Shown here one piece after another: positions 20,243-28,801 of a DNA stretch of 64,000 nucleotides. This stretch comes from Gammaproteobacteria bacterium. Lineage in GTDB: Bacteria; Pseudomonadota; Gammaproteobacteria; Steroidobacterales; Rariloculaceae. The stretch lies in contig JAJDWR010000044.1 in NCBI GenBank assembly GCA_022825505.1, forward strand, positions 2,220 to 66,219, in the 5' to 3' direction. A program made the position numbers and the translations under genes. Positions within the stretch are counted from its first letter, which is position 1; each line of letters begins with the position of its first letter. The notes beneath the pieces were generated by a model, which worked only from the letters and a program-made list of their open reading frames with translations, made no database searches and was not told where the DNA came from.

Positions 20243-21289
20243 TCAGTCCAAGTCCGCCGCGAATTCGGCTGAACTGCCCCGGATTCGCTCGCCGGAGAAC
20301 ACGCGCTTCTCCGCCGAGAGTTCGGGATTCCCGATGCGGTCGATCAGCATGGATACGGCGGCTTCGGTCATCCGCTTGACGGGTTGCCTCACCGTGCTCA
20401 GGTCGTACGCCGCGTATCGAGCCGGCCCCGTACCGTCGAATCCGACGATGGACACATCTCCGGGAACGTCGAGACCGTAGGACTCCCGTGCTTCGTCGAT
20501 GCAGCCGATGGCCATGACGTCATTGGCGGCGATCACGGCGTCCGGCGGGCCGCCGCGCCGGTCCACGATCCCGGCGAACGCGGACCGGCCGCTGTCGTAT
20601 CCATAGTCTCCGGTGACGATCGTCACGCCGTCGACGCCTTTTTCCCGGAGTTTCTGCAACGCTCCCGTGGTGCGCTCCGTGCTGACCGACGAGTCCTCGG
20701 GTCCGGAGACGATGGCGAACGTACGGTGGCCGGAGTCGAACAGTTCCGCCACGAGCCAGCGCTCGCCCTCCTCCTGATCGCAGCGCACGGAATTGGAGGG
20801 AATGTCCGGCAGCGACCGGTTGTAGAACACGATGGGAATGTTGGCGTCCTGCACCGTTGCAAGCTGCGCACGGGAGAGCATCGCGGCGGTGACGATGCCG
20901 TCGACCCGAAACTGCAGCACCTGTTCCAGCGTGGAGTCGATATCGCCCTCGCTCTTCAGCGTGAACAGCAGCACCCGGATGCGGTGGTTGGAGAAATGCT
21001 GGGTGAGCTGGACGAGGACTTCAGGGTAGTAAAGGTTGGTCTGCTGGGACATGATCACCGCGACCATGTTGGAACGCTGGGTGATCAGGCCCCTGGCAAT
21101 CGCGTTGGGCCGGTAGCCGAGCTTGCCGGCGGCGGCCATGACGCGCTTGCGCATCTGCTTGGAGGCGCTGGCGCCGTCCTGAAACACCCGCGACACGGCG
21201 GACTGGGAGACGCCCGCGAGTTCGGCAACGTCGTAGGACGTGGCGCGCTTCCACCTCGCCCGGGTGCTTTTCTGTGTCTTTTCGCTCAC
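20243..21289 (-). CDS. LacI-family transcriptional regulator
   Basis: N-terminal HTH ..ATSYDVAELAGVSQSAVSRVFQDGASASKQMRKRVMAAAGKLGYRPNAIARGL.. followed by a periplasmic-binding-protein-like sugar-binding fold, 348 aa. Confidence 0.9.
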   Translation of the reverse strand: MSEKTQKSTRARWKRATSYDVAELAGVSQSAVSRVFQDGASASKQMRKRVMAAAGKLGYRPNAIARGLITQRSNMVAVIMSQQTNLYYPEVLVQLTQHFSNHRIRVLLFTLKSEGDIDSTLEQVLQFRVDGIVTAAMLSRAQLATVQDANIPIVFYNRSLPDIPSNSVRCDQEEGERWLVAELFDSGHRTFAIVSGPEDSSVSTERTTGALQKLREKGVDGVTIVTGDYGYDSGRSAFAGIVDRRGGPPDAVIAANDVMAIGCIDEARESYGLDVPGDVSIVGFDGTGPARYAAYDLSTVRQPVKRMTEAAVSMLIDRIGNPELSAEKRVFSGERIRGSSAEFAADLD

Positions 21290-21357
21290 GCTGACTGTTC
21301 GCCGTTCTCCACGGCCCGTGCCCGATGCGGCTGATGGTAGGCAGTATAGAAGCCGCG

Positions 21358-21391
21358 TGCAATTGCATTCGAATGCGATGCACCGGAGAAT
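21358..21391. promoter_or_regulatory. LacI-type palindromic operator (GCATTCGAATGC, 21365-21376) in the divergent lacI/symporter region, with a possible -35 TTGCAT / -10 GAGAAT promoter
   Basis: TGCAATTGCATTCGAATGCGATGCA contains a perfect 12-bp palindrome centred on CG, fitting the TGnnAnnCGnnTnnCA LacI-family pattern. It shares TTGCATTCGAA with the 17-mer sites. It sits 75 nt from the lacI start and 83 nt from the symporter start. Confidence 0.55.
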
Positions 21392-21459
21392 CGTGCGCTG
21401 GCCGAAGGCTGCAATGCCGGAACGCGGGGCAGGCGGCAGCGCTCACAATCGGGAGTCAC

Positions 21460-23070
21460 ATGGGCACATTCGGGACGCTGAACTGGGCGATTCTCATTGC
21501 CTACGTGCTGCTCAACCTGCTGCTCGGCTTCGTCCTGAGCAAGCGGATCGCCACCGCCGAGGATTTCTACCTGGGCCGGCGTACGACGCCGTGGTGGGCC
21601 ATCGGCATATCGGTCATTGCCACCTACGTCAGCGCGCTGTCGTTCCTGGGCGGCCCCGCGTGGTCCTATTCCGACAGCCTGGCGGTCATCGCGATCCACC
21701 TGAACTACCCCATCGTCGTCTTCATCGTGGTGACGTATTTCCTGCCGTTCTTCTTCAACAGCGGCGTTGCGTCGATTTATGAGTACATGGAGCGGCGCTT
21801 CGGCGCGACCTCCCGCAGCGTTATTTCCGGGGTGTTCCTGGTTTCACAGGCGCTGACCTCGGCTGCGATCCTCTACGCCACGTCCCTCGTCATCCAGTTC
21901 ATCACCGGGGTCGACGTCGTGACGGCCATCGTCGCGGTCACCATCATCGCGCTGATCTACACGATGATGGGCGGCATCACCGCGGTGATCTGGACCGACG
22001 TGATCCAGGCCGCGGTCCTGTTCGTCGGGGCCTTCATCGTCTTCTTCGCCCTGCTGGGCGAAATGCCTGCGCCGGTGGGCGAAGTCCTCGCCGACCTCAA
22101 GGCCCAGGGCAAGACGAACCCCCTGGACTTCTCCCTCGACTGGAGCGTCGAGGCGACGGTGTGGTCGGGAATCATCGCCATGACGATCTTCCACGTCACC
22201 GTCTACGGCGCCAATCAGATGATGGTGCAGCGCACGCTGGCGGCCAGGAACATCGGCGATGCCAAGAAATCCTTCCTGCTGATGGGGTTCGGCGCGTTCT
22301 TCATCTACTTCCTGTTCTTCCTGCTGGGCATCCTGTTCTACGGCTATTACGAGGGAAGGGAGTTCGAGAACGGCAACACCATCATCCTGGAATTCGTCGC
22401 CGATTACGGGATGCCGGGCCTCATGGGCATCATCGCCGCCGCCATCGTGGCGGCGTCCATGTCGTCGCTGGACTCGTCGTTCAATTCGCTGGCGACGATT
22501 TCCACCGTGGATTTCTACGAGAAGTACTACAGGCCCGGCCAATCGCCCGAACATTATCTGAGGATCACGCGGGGCTTCACCGTGGTCTGGGCGCTGCTCA
22601 TCATCGTTCCCGCGATCGTCTATTCCCAGAGCGAAGGCTCGATTCTGCAGACGCTGTCGCGGATCGGTTCCTACTTCGTAGGCGCCAAGCTCAGCATGTA
22701 CGGGCTCGGATTCTTCTCCAAACAGACCACGGAACGGGGCCTGCTGGTGGGCGTGGCGGTGGGATTCGCGGTGATCTGGTACGTGGCGGTGCAGACCGAC
22801 ATCGCCTGGCCCTGGTATTGCCTGATCGGCGGTGCCTCGAATATCGTTATCTCGCTGGTGGCCAGCCGGCTGATCGACGGACGCCAGGAGGAATGGTCCG
22901 AGTACTCGATCGTGGGCCAGCAGACGGCGTTCCGGGAGCGGGGGCTGTCCGAACAGGACGGCGGTTGGTACCTGGTTCCCGGCCGGGTGGATAGAATCAG
23001 CTACCTGTTACCGGGATTCTTCGCGCTGACGATCGTGTTCCTGTTGCTGTTCGAGCAATTGATTCCATGA
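21460..23070 (+). CDS. Sodium:solute symporter (SSS) family transporter, copy 1
   Basis: ATG 21460 (GGGAG 4 nt upstream) inside ORF 21325..23070. 536 aa, polytopic. SSS-type N-terminus MGTFGTLNWAILIAYVLLN..GRRTTPWWAIGISVIATYVSALSFLGGP.. Confidence 0.85.
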   Translation: MGTFGTLNWAILIAYVLLNLLLGFVLSKRIATAEDFYLGRRTTPWWAIGISVIATYVSALSFLGGPAWSYSDSLAVIAIHLNYPIVVFIVVTYFLPFFFNSGVASIYEYMERRFGATSRSVISGVFLVSQALTSAAILYATSLVIQFITGVDVVTAIVAVTIIALIYTMMGGITAVIWTDVIQAAVLFVGAFIVFFALLGEMPAPVGEVLADLKAQGKTNPLDFSLDWSVEATVWSGIIAMTIFHVTVYGANQMMVQRTLAARNIGDAKKSFLLMGFGAFFIYFLFFLLGILFYGYYEGREFENGNTIILEFVADYGMPGLMGIIAAAIVAASMSSLDSSFNSLATISTVDFYEKYYRPGQSPEHYLRITRGFTVVWALLIIVPAIVYSQSEGSILQTLSRIGSYFVGAKLSMYGLGFFSKQTTERGLLVGVAVGFAVIWYVAVQTDIAWPWYCLIGGASNIVISLVASRLIDGRQEEWSEYSIVGQQTAFRERGLSEQDGGWYLVPGRVDRISYLLPGFFALTIVFLLLFEQLIP

Positions 23071-24104
23071 AGCGGTTGACCGCACTCGCCCTGGCCTGGT
23101 ACCTGCCGGCGGCCGCCACGGCACTGCCCGCGCCCTTGTCCATCGACGCGCTGCGCGAAACCGATTTCTCCGCCAGCCTGCAGTTCGAACGCGAGCTGGA
23201 TGGTGGACCCGGTTACACCGCCTACCTTGTGTCGTACCCGTCCTCCGGCCTGACGGTCTTCTCGATGGTAGCGGTCCCGATGGGTGAACGCCCCGCTGCC
23301 GGGTTTCCGGTGATCGTGGCCAATCACGGTTTCCACCCGGACCCTCCCCGGTACGGCTTTACCGCGGACGGCGTGGATTCCAGGCCGGGCGACTACTACC
23401 GCCCGATACCGGAGCTGTACGCGCAGCATGGATTCCTGGTCATCATGCCCGACTACCGGGGCCATAACGCGTCGGAGGGGGTGGAGTACACGGACGGTTT
23501 CCTGGCGACTGGCTACTACTCCGAGGACGTGCTCGCGCTGCTCTCGGGCCTTGCGGATATCAAAGAGGCCGATACCGGCAACGTTTTCATGTGGGGGCAC
23601 TCCCTGGGCGCGGAAGTCTCGTTGCGGGCCCTGCTCGCAACCGATCGGGTCGGGGGCGCGGCGCTATGGTCCGGCGTCGGCGGCGAGATCTGGGACCAGG
23701 CCTACTACTACCAGCGTTACGACGACCGGTTCGCCTACGACGGCAGCGACCTGGAAAACTCGCGAATCGAAGAACTCCGCCGGGACATGGCGGCACTCGA
23801 CGAGCCCTACGACTGGACCACCCGCGAGCCGCTGCGCTACCTGAACTATCTGCGGGCGTCCATCGTGATTCACCACGCTGTCGGCGACACCGGTGCGCCC
23901 TACCACTGGTCGGAGCGTCTGGCGAAGGAACTCTATCTGCTCGGTCACCCGTACCGGTTCCATAGCTACCCCGGCCCCGACCATTTCTTCAAGGACGAAA
24001 CGCTGACGGAGGCGATTGAGCGGGACGTCGAGTATTTTCGCTCACTGATTCGGCCCGCTGACCTGGAAGCGCAGCCTGAATTGAATTCGCAGTCTGACCG
24101 CTGA
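23067..24104 (+). CDS. Secreted alpha/beta-hydrolase (S9/dienelactone-hydrolase-like serine hydrolase)
   Basis: Signal peptide MKRLTALALAWYLPAAATA. Nucleophile elbow GHSLG, later Asp (HHAVGDTG) and His (GPDHFF). The ATG overlaps the symporter stop (ATGA). Confidence 0.7.
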   Translation: MKRLTALALAWYLPAAATALPAPLSIDALRETDFSASLQFERELDGGPGYTAYLVSYPSSGLTVFSMVAVPMGERPAAGFPVIVANHGFHPDPPRYGFTADGVDSRPGDYYRPIPELYAQHGFLVIMPDYRGHNASEGVEYTDGFLATGYYSEDVLALLSGLADIKEADTGNVFMWGHSLGAEVSLRALLATDRVGGAALWSGVGGEIWDQAYYYQRYDDRFAYDGSDLENSRIEELRRDMAALDEPYDWTTREPLRYLNYLRASIVIHHAVGDTGAPYHWSERLAKELYLLGHPYRFHSYPGPDHFFKDETLTEAIERDVEYFRSLIRPADLEAQPELNSQSDR

Positions 24105-24158
24105 CGGGCGCTGCACAGGGCCTGTTGTTGCAATTGTGCTACGGTTTTCGCATGAAAT

Positions 24159-24195
24159 TTGACATTGATTTGCATTCGAAGTACAAACGAATGCA
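24159..24195 (+). promoter_or_regulatory. Putative promoter (-35 TTGACA 24159-24164, 17-nt spacer, -10 TACAAA 24182-24187) overlapped by the 17-mer TTTGCATTCGAAGTACA (24169-24185) and the inverted repeat TGCATTCG-N9-CGAATGCA (24171-24195)
   Basis: Read directly from the sequence. The 17-mer is identical to the bicupin promoter site. The inverted 8-mers are exact reverse complements. Lies 61-97 nt upstream of the TBDR ATG 24256. Confidence 0.6.
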
Positions 24196-24255
24196 GTTGT
24201 CGTGGACGCTGGCAGAGAGGGTCTGTCAGCGGAAATCGTCTTCCGTTCCGGGGAT

Positions 24256-26808
24256 ATGCAAGAGATGAAGGTAAAGGATCAGTTGGCCGTTTCCGGCCTG
24301 AAGAAAAAAGCGTTGGCGGTTGCAGTGGCATCTGCGTTGGGCAGCTCGGCAGGGGCGCAGGAACTCGTACTCGAAGAGATCATTGTCACCGCGACAAAAC
24401 GCGAGAGCAGCGTTCAGGATCTCGCCGTGTCGGTGACGCCCATTGACGGCGACCTCATCAACGAACTGCAGTTGGTCAATGTGCTCGATATCGACAAGAC
24501 CGTACCCGGTCTGAAGGTCAGGTACATCGGTGCCGATCCAACCATCATCATGCGCGGCGCCGGAGCGGCCGGCACCAACGACATCGCCGTGCCGATCTAC
24601 GTCGACGGCCTGTACCGCCCGCGGGCGGGCCAGGCGCTGGCGAGCAATCTCGATCTGGAACGGATCGAGGTCCTGCGCGGCCCTCAAGGGACCTTGTTCG
24701 GTCGAAATACCTTCGGCGGCCTGGTCAACTACATCACGAGGAGACCATCGACGGAAGACATCGACTACGGCGTCAGCGGGACATTCGGCGGCTATTCCAT
24801 GCAGAAGTTCGAAGGTTTCTTCAATCTGCCCATGGGAGACACGGTGGCATTGCGCATTTCGGCCAGCGACACCAAACGGGATCCGACGATCGAGAACATC
24901 TACAACCCGGACGCGGGTATGCGCGACGAGGACAATACCTATATTCGCGCCCAGTTGCGGTTCGAGCCGAGCGATACCTTCGACCTGACGCTGGCGAGTA
25001 CCTGGTGGGAAGACACCTCCAACGGCAATGCGGACTACGCGGGCGTGCTCATCGGAATTCCCGTGAACCCTCGGACGGGGCTGACCGACGGCATCAACGG
25101 CGTGCTTCAGCCGCGGGCGGGCCGCCTCCCCGGTGACGAAACGGCGTCATGGCCTGCCACGGGCGGCCGCACATGGGCGGGGGTATTCGGCGTCGATGAA
25201 ACCGCGAATGTCAACTCGGACGTATACAAGATCACCAACGACCTGACGCCTTTCCGGGACATTTCGGAGACTTCGTTCAGCGCATTGCTGAATTGGGATT
25301 TCGGGCCGGTCGCATTGCGTGTGAACGGCGGCGTGTTCGACTACGAGGAATTTCGCACCGCAGACTCCGATTTTTCGCCGAACCCGACGGCGTGGGCGGA
25401 AAACAATCCGGGCGAGACGCCGCCCGCGTCCAACGGCCGCGGCTATTGGGCTCAGTGCTGGAACGGGCCGTCCTGCGGGCGCCTGGCCGGTCAGCGGGTC
25501 AATTCGAATGCGCAACAGGTGGACATAAACCTCAATTCTTCCGGGGATGGTCCGCTGCAGTGGACGCTGGGTTATTTCCTCTACGACGATTCCGGCGACG
25601 GCGATACGAGCAGCGAGTTCGTCTGGGGGTACGTGGACAGCCTGAATAACGATACCAGCCTGTCCTGGGCCCACTGGATGGATCAGGCCAATGGCGGTAC
25701 GAAATCCACTGCGATTTACGGCCAGGCGGAGTACTCCTTCACTGATGCTACGCGAGCCACGCTCGGACTGCGCAGTTCAACCGATAAACGCAACTCCTTC
25801 ACCAAGTATGTTGACTGGGGTTCCGCCGTTCATGGCTGGGCGGCGGGCTACACCGACGCGCATCTGGAAAACCCGGGCAGCCGATTCGATCCCTGGCCCG
25901 CCTACGTTGCAACCGACGCAACGGAGGCCAATCGCCAGACCGGCGAGAAGTCGAATACGGACTACAAGGTCGCGATTCAGCATGACCTGAACGGCGATAC
26001 GATGTTGTTCGCGTCCGCCTCGACCGGGTACATCGCTGGAGGTCTCGTAGGCGGCGGAAGCACGGAACTGACGCAGCCGAACGAAGTCGAGACCTTTGAG
26101 ATCGGCCTGAAGAGCACGCAGCTCAACGGCGCCATGCGGCTGAATCTCGCGGCGTACCAGAACGCCTACGATGGATTGACCACCTCGTCCTTCGAAGCAC
26201 GGGGCGGAACCATCATCTCCATCAGCACTGTCTCCGGCAGCATGACCACCAGCGGACTCGAGGCCGAAATGGACTGGTTGGCCACCGACGAACTGCGCAT
26301 TCGGGCTGGTCTGGCGCTGACCAACGCCAAACTTGATCAATTCGGCCGCACGGTGTTGAACCGGGTATTTCGAAGCGGTGGAGACGAAGTCGTCCTGGGC
26401 GCCGGCATTACCGATCCCGACATGTGCGATCAGACATGCTCGCAGGTGTATATCCTTGACGGACAATCGGCACGGTTTTCGCCCGATATGACGCTGTCGG
26501 TCGATGCGAGCTACGAGTTCAACCTGGGTAACGCGGGAACACTCGTTCCGGGCGTCCTCCTGTATTACTCGGACGAGTACAAGACCACCAATATCCCGTA
26601 CTTCTTCACCCATCAGGACGCCTATACGACGCTTGATCTGCGGGCAACCTGGTACAACACCGACAATTCGCTTTCAGTGCAGGGCTTTGTGCTGAATGCA
26701 ACCGACGAGATCGTGCAGATCGGTTCGGATCAGTTCAGTCAGGGGCGTGTAGTCGCCGATTTCAATACTCCGCGCATCTGGGGCGTCCGCGTGGCCTATA
26801 ATTTCTGA
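24256..26808 (+). CDS. TonB-dependent outer-membrane receptor
   Basis: Signal peptide then ..LEEIIVTATKRESSVQDL.. (TonB-box/plug), ..LERIEVLRGPQGTLFGRNTFGG.., C-terminal ..RIWGVRVAYNF. Start chosen at ATG 24256 within ORF 24202..26808. Confidence 0.9.
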   Translation: MQEMKVKDQLAVSGLKKKALAVAVASALGSSAGAQELVLEEIIVTATKRESSVQDLAVSVTPIDGDLINELQLVNVLDIDKTVPGLKVRYIGADPTIIMRGAGAAGTNDIAVPIYVDGLYRPRAGQALASNLDLERIEVLRGPQGTLFGRNTFGGLVNYITRRPSTEDIDYGVSGTFGGYSMQKFEGFFNLPMGDTVALRISASDTKRDPTIENIYNPDAGMRDEDNTYIRAQLRFEPSDTFDLTLASTWWEDTSNGNADYAGVLIGIPVNPRTGLTDGINGVLQPRAGRLPGDETASWPATGGRTWAGVFGVDETANVNSDVYKITNDLTPFRDISETSFSALLNWDFGPVALRVNGGVFDYEEFRTADSDFSPNPTAWAENNPGETPPASNGRGYWAQCWNGPSCGRLAGQRVNSNAQQVDINLNSSGDGPLQWTLGYFLYDDSGDGDTSSEFVWGYVDSLNNDTSLSWAHWMDQANGGTKSTAIYGQAEYSFTDATRATLGLRSSTDKRNSFTKYVDWGSAVHGWAAGYTDAHLENPGSRFDPWPAYVATDATEANRQTGEKSNTDYKVAIQHDLNGDTMLFASASTGYIAGGLVGGGSTELTQPNEVETFEIGLKSTQLNGAMRLNLAAYQNAYDGLTTSSFEARGGTIISISTVSGSMTTSGLEAEMDWLATDELRIRAGLALTNAKLDQFGRTVLNRVFRSGGDEVVLGAGITDPDMCDQTCSQVYILDGQSARFSPDMTLSVDASYEFNLGNAGTLVPGVLLYYSDEYKTTNIPYFFTHQDAYTTLDLRATWYNTDNSLSVQGFVLNATDEIVQIGSDQFSQGRVVADFNTPRIWGVRVAYNF

Positions 26809-26861
26809 GTCACATTTGCTAATCACGGCCGATCGGAGGCGCGTCCGCCGCTCGAAATCCT

Positions 26862-26896
26862 GAAAGCCTCGTCAGTGCGGGGCTTTCCTGTTTCTG
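26862..26896 (+). terminator. Possible rho-independent terminator after the TBDR gene
   Basis: GAAAGCC(tc)-gtcagtgc-(gg)GGCTTTC hairpin followed by cTGTTTCTg. Confidence 0.4.
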
Positions 26897-26917
26897 CCGG
26901 GGGCGCTACGAAACCGC

Positions 26918-28789
26918 ATGGTACGAGACCCTACGACGATGCTGAGAGCCGGATTCGATGCACAGCAGAAGGGTCATGTTCGGCAAGCCGAGCGCCTGTA
27001 TCGGCAGGTGCTGGAATCCGATTCCGGAAACAGGCACGCGCTGAACCTGCTCGGTGCGCTTTGTGCCAACACGGAACGGCCGAAGGAAGCGGTGGATTTC
27101 ATTACCCGGGCGCTGGGGATCGACAATGCCGATCCCCAGGCACACGCCAACATCGGACTGGCCTACAAGGACCTGGGGATGGCGTACAAGGCCGCCGATC
27201 ACCTGGCAGAATCGGTCAGGCTGGATCCGTCCAGACCGGTGGTGTTCAACAATTTCGGCAACGTACTGCGATTGCTCGACCAACCCGGAAAGGCGGTCCG
27301 CGCGTACGATCGTGCGCTGCGGCTGGACAGCCGTTTCGCCGAGTGCTGGAGCAACCTCGCGGCTGCGCTCAACGAATCCGGTCAGCAAGAGGCCGGTTTG
27401 CGGGCAGCGGCGAGGGCGCTTGAACTGAGTCCGGATCTGGCCCAGGCGCACAACCACATCGGAGACATTCGCCTTCAACAGGCCCGGTACGACGATGCGG
27501 TGGAAAGCTACCTGCAAGCCGCCAGCCTCAGTCCCGGGAGCACGGTCGCCCTGATCAATCTGGCCAAGGCCTATCGGGACAGGGACGAGCCGGAGGAGGC
27601 GCTGACCGCATTGCGCAGGGTGTTGGACATCGAGCCCGAAAATCCGGAGGCAATGCACGTGATGGGCGTGCTGCTCGAACAGATGGGGGATCGGGAGGGC
27701 GCGGCCGAACAGTTCAAGTCGGCGATCCGCATCGCTCCCGAAATGGCGGTATCGCACTATTACCTGGCTCAGATCAAGGGACGCGGAAGCTCGGAACAAG
27801 AATTCCGGGCGCTTCTCTCGCATTGGCAACGGGAGGATACGACGCCGAACAACCGAATGTACCTGGCATTCGCGATCGCGCGAATTCACGAGCAGCGGGG
27901 CAATTTCAATGAGGCGTACGAGTTCCTGGCCGCGGCGAACAGGGCGAAAGCTGCCGTAAAGCCCTACGACGATGCCGACTCGGCTCGTTACATTGACGCC
28001 ATTGCCGAAGCGACAGAAAAAGCAGTCGAACGATTCGGGCGTTCGATGGGGCATCGGGACGACCGGCCGGTATTCGTGGTGGGCATGCCCCGCTCCGGTA
28101 CCAGCCTGACGGAGCAGATCCTGGCGAGCCACTCGGAAGTCGCAGGCGCGGGGGAACTGAGTTTCGCTTTCGACACGGTCCGGCGCGTACGCAAGATCAC
28201 CGGCAAGAAGTTTCCCCGGGACATGGAAAAACTGTCGGCGGAACAGTTCCGGGAGCTGGGCGCCTACTACATGTCCCGCCATTCCGGCGAATACCTGTCG
28301 TCGCGATACGTCGTCGACAAGTCGCCGCTGAATTTCCAGTACGTCGGACCGCTTGCGCTCATGCTGCCGGGTGCGCGCTTTGTCCACTGCCATCGCCATC
28401 CGGCCGCCAATTGTCTCGCGATTCACCGCATTCCCTTCGATCTGCGGCAGACGTATGCGCACAGCCTCGAGGCACTGGGCAAGTACTACACTCGCTACTG
28501 GAACCTGATGCAGCAGTGGCACGAGCTGTTCCCCGGACGCATACTCGATGTGCGCTACGAAGACACGGTCACCGATATCGAGGGGCAGGCCCGCCGCATG
28601 CTGGATTTCCTTGAGTTGCGGTTCGAAGAACGCGTATTGAGCTTTTATGAGACGAAACGCCTGGTCAAGACGCCGAGCGCCAGTCAGGTGCGGGAGCCGA
28701 TCTACAGGGACGCCATGGTCCTGTGGAAAAACTACGAGAAACACCTCGGACCGCTGATGGAGAATCTGAAAGTGCCCATACCGGGCTGA
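26918..28789 (+). CDS. TPR-repeat-containing sulfotransferase family protein
   Basis: N-terminal ~380 aa of TPR-like repeats. C-terminal domain with PAPS 5'-phosphosulfate-binding loop GMPRSGTSL and ..RYEDTV.. region. 623 aa. Confidence 0.85.
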   Translation: MVRDPTTMLRAGFDAQQKGHVRQAERLYRQVLESDSGNRHALNLLGALCANTERPKEAVDFITRALGIDNADPQAHANIGLAYKDLGMAYKAADHLAESVRLDPSRPVVFNNFGNVLRLLDQPGKAVRAYDRALRLDSRFAECWSNLAAALNESGQQEAGLRAAARALELSPDLAQAHNHIGDIRLQQARYDDAVESYLQAASLSPGSTVALINLAKAYRDRDEPEEALTALRRVLDIEPENPEAMHVMGVLLEQMGDREGAAEQFKSAIRIAPEMAVSHYYLAQIKGRGSSEQEFRALLSHWQREDTTPNNRMYLAFAIARIHEQRGNFNEAYEFLAAANRAKAAVKPYDDADSARYIDAIAEATEKAVERFGRSMGHRDDRPVFVVGMPRSGTSLTEQILASHSEVAGAGELSFAFDTVRRVRKITGKKFPRDMEKLSAEQFRELGAYYMSRHSGEYLSSRYVVDKSPLNFQYVGPLALMLPGARFVHCHRHPAANCLAIHRIPFDLRQTYAHSLEALGKYYTRYWNLMQQWHELFPGRILDVRYEDTVTDIEGQARRMLDFLELRFEERVLSFYETKRLVKTPSASQVREPIYRDAMVLWKNYEKHLGPLMENLKVPIPG

Positions 28790-28801
28790 ACGTCGATCCA
28801 T

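Noticed and set aside
21325-21459. 5' extensions of track ORFs: symporter 1 from 21325, TBDR from 24202, trpS from 34991, leuS to 48726, lptE from 48594, xthA from 52270, cysS from 54604, hisI to 54697 and uvrA to 39268
   Set aside because: The extensions have no homology to the respective families and often cover promoter or operator sequence. Internal starts reproduce the canonical N-termini, several of them with an SD at correct spacing.
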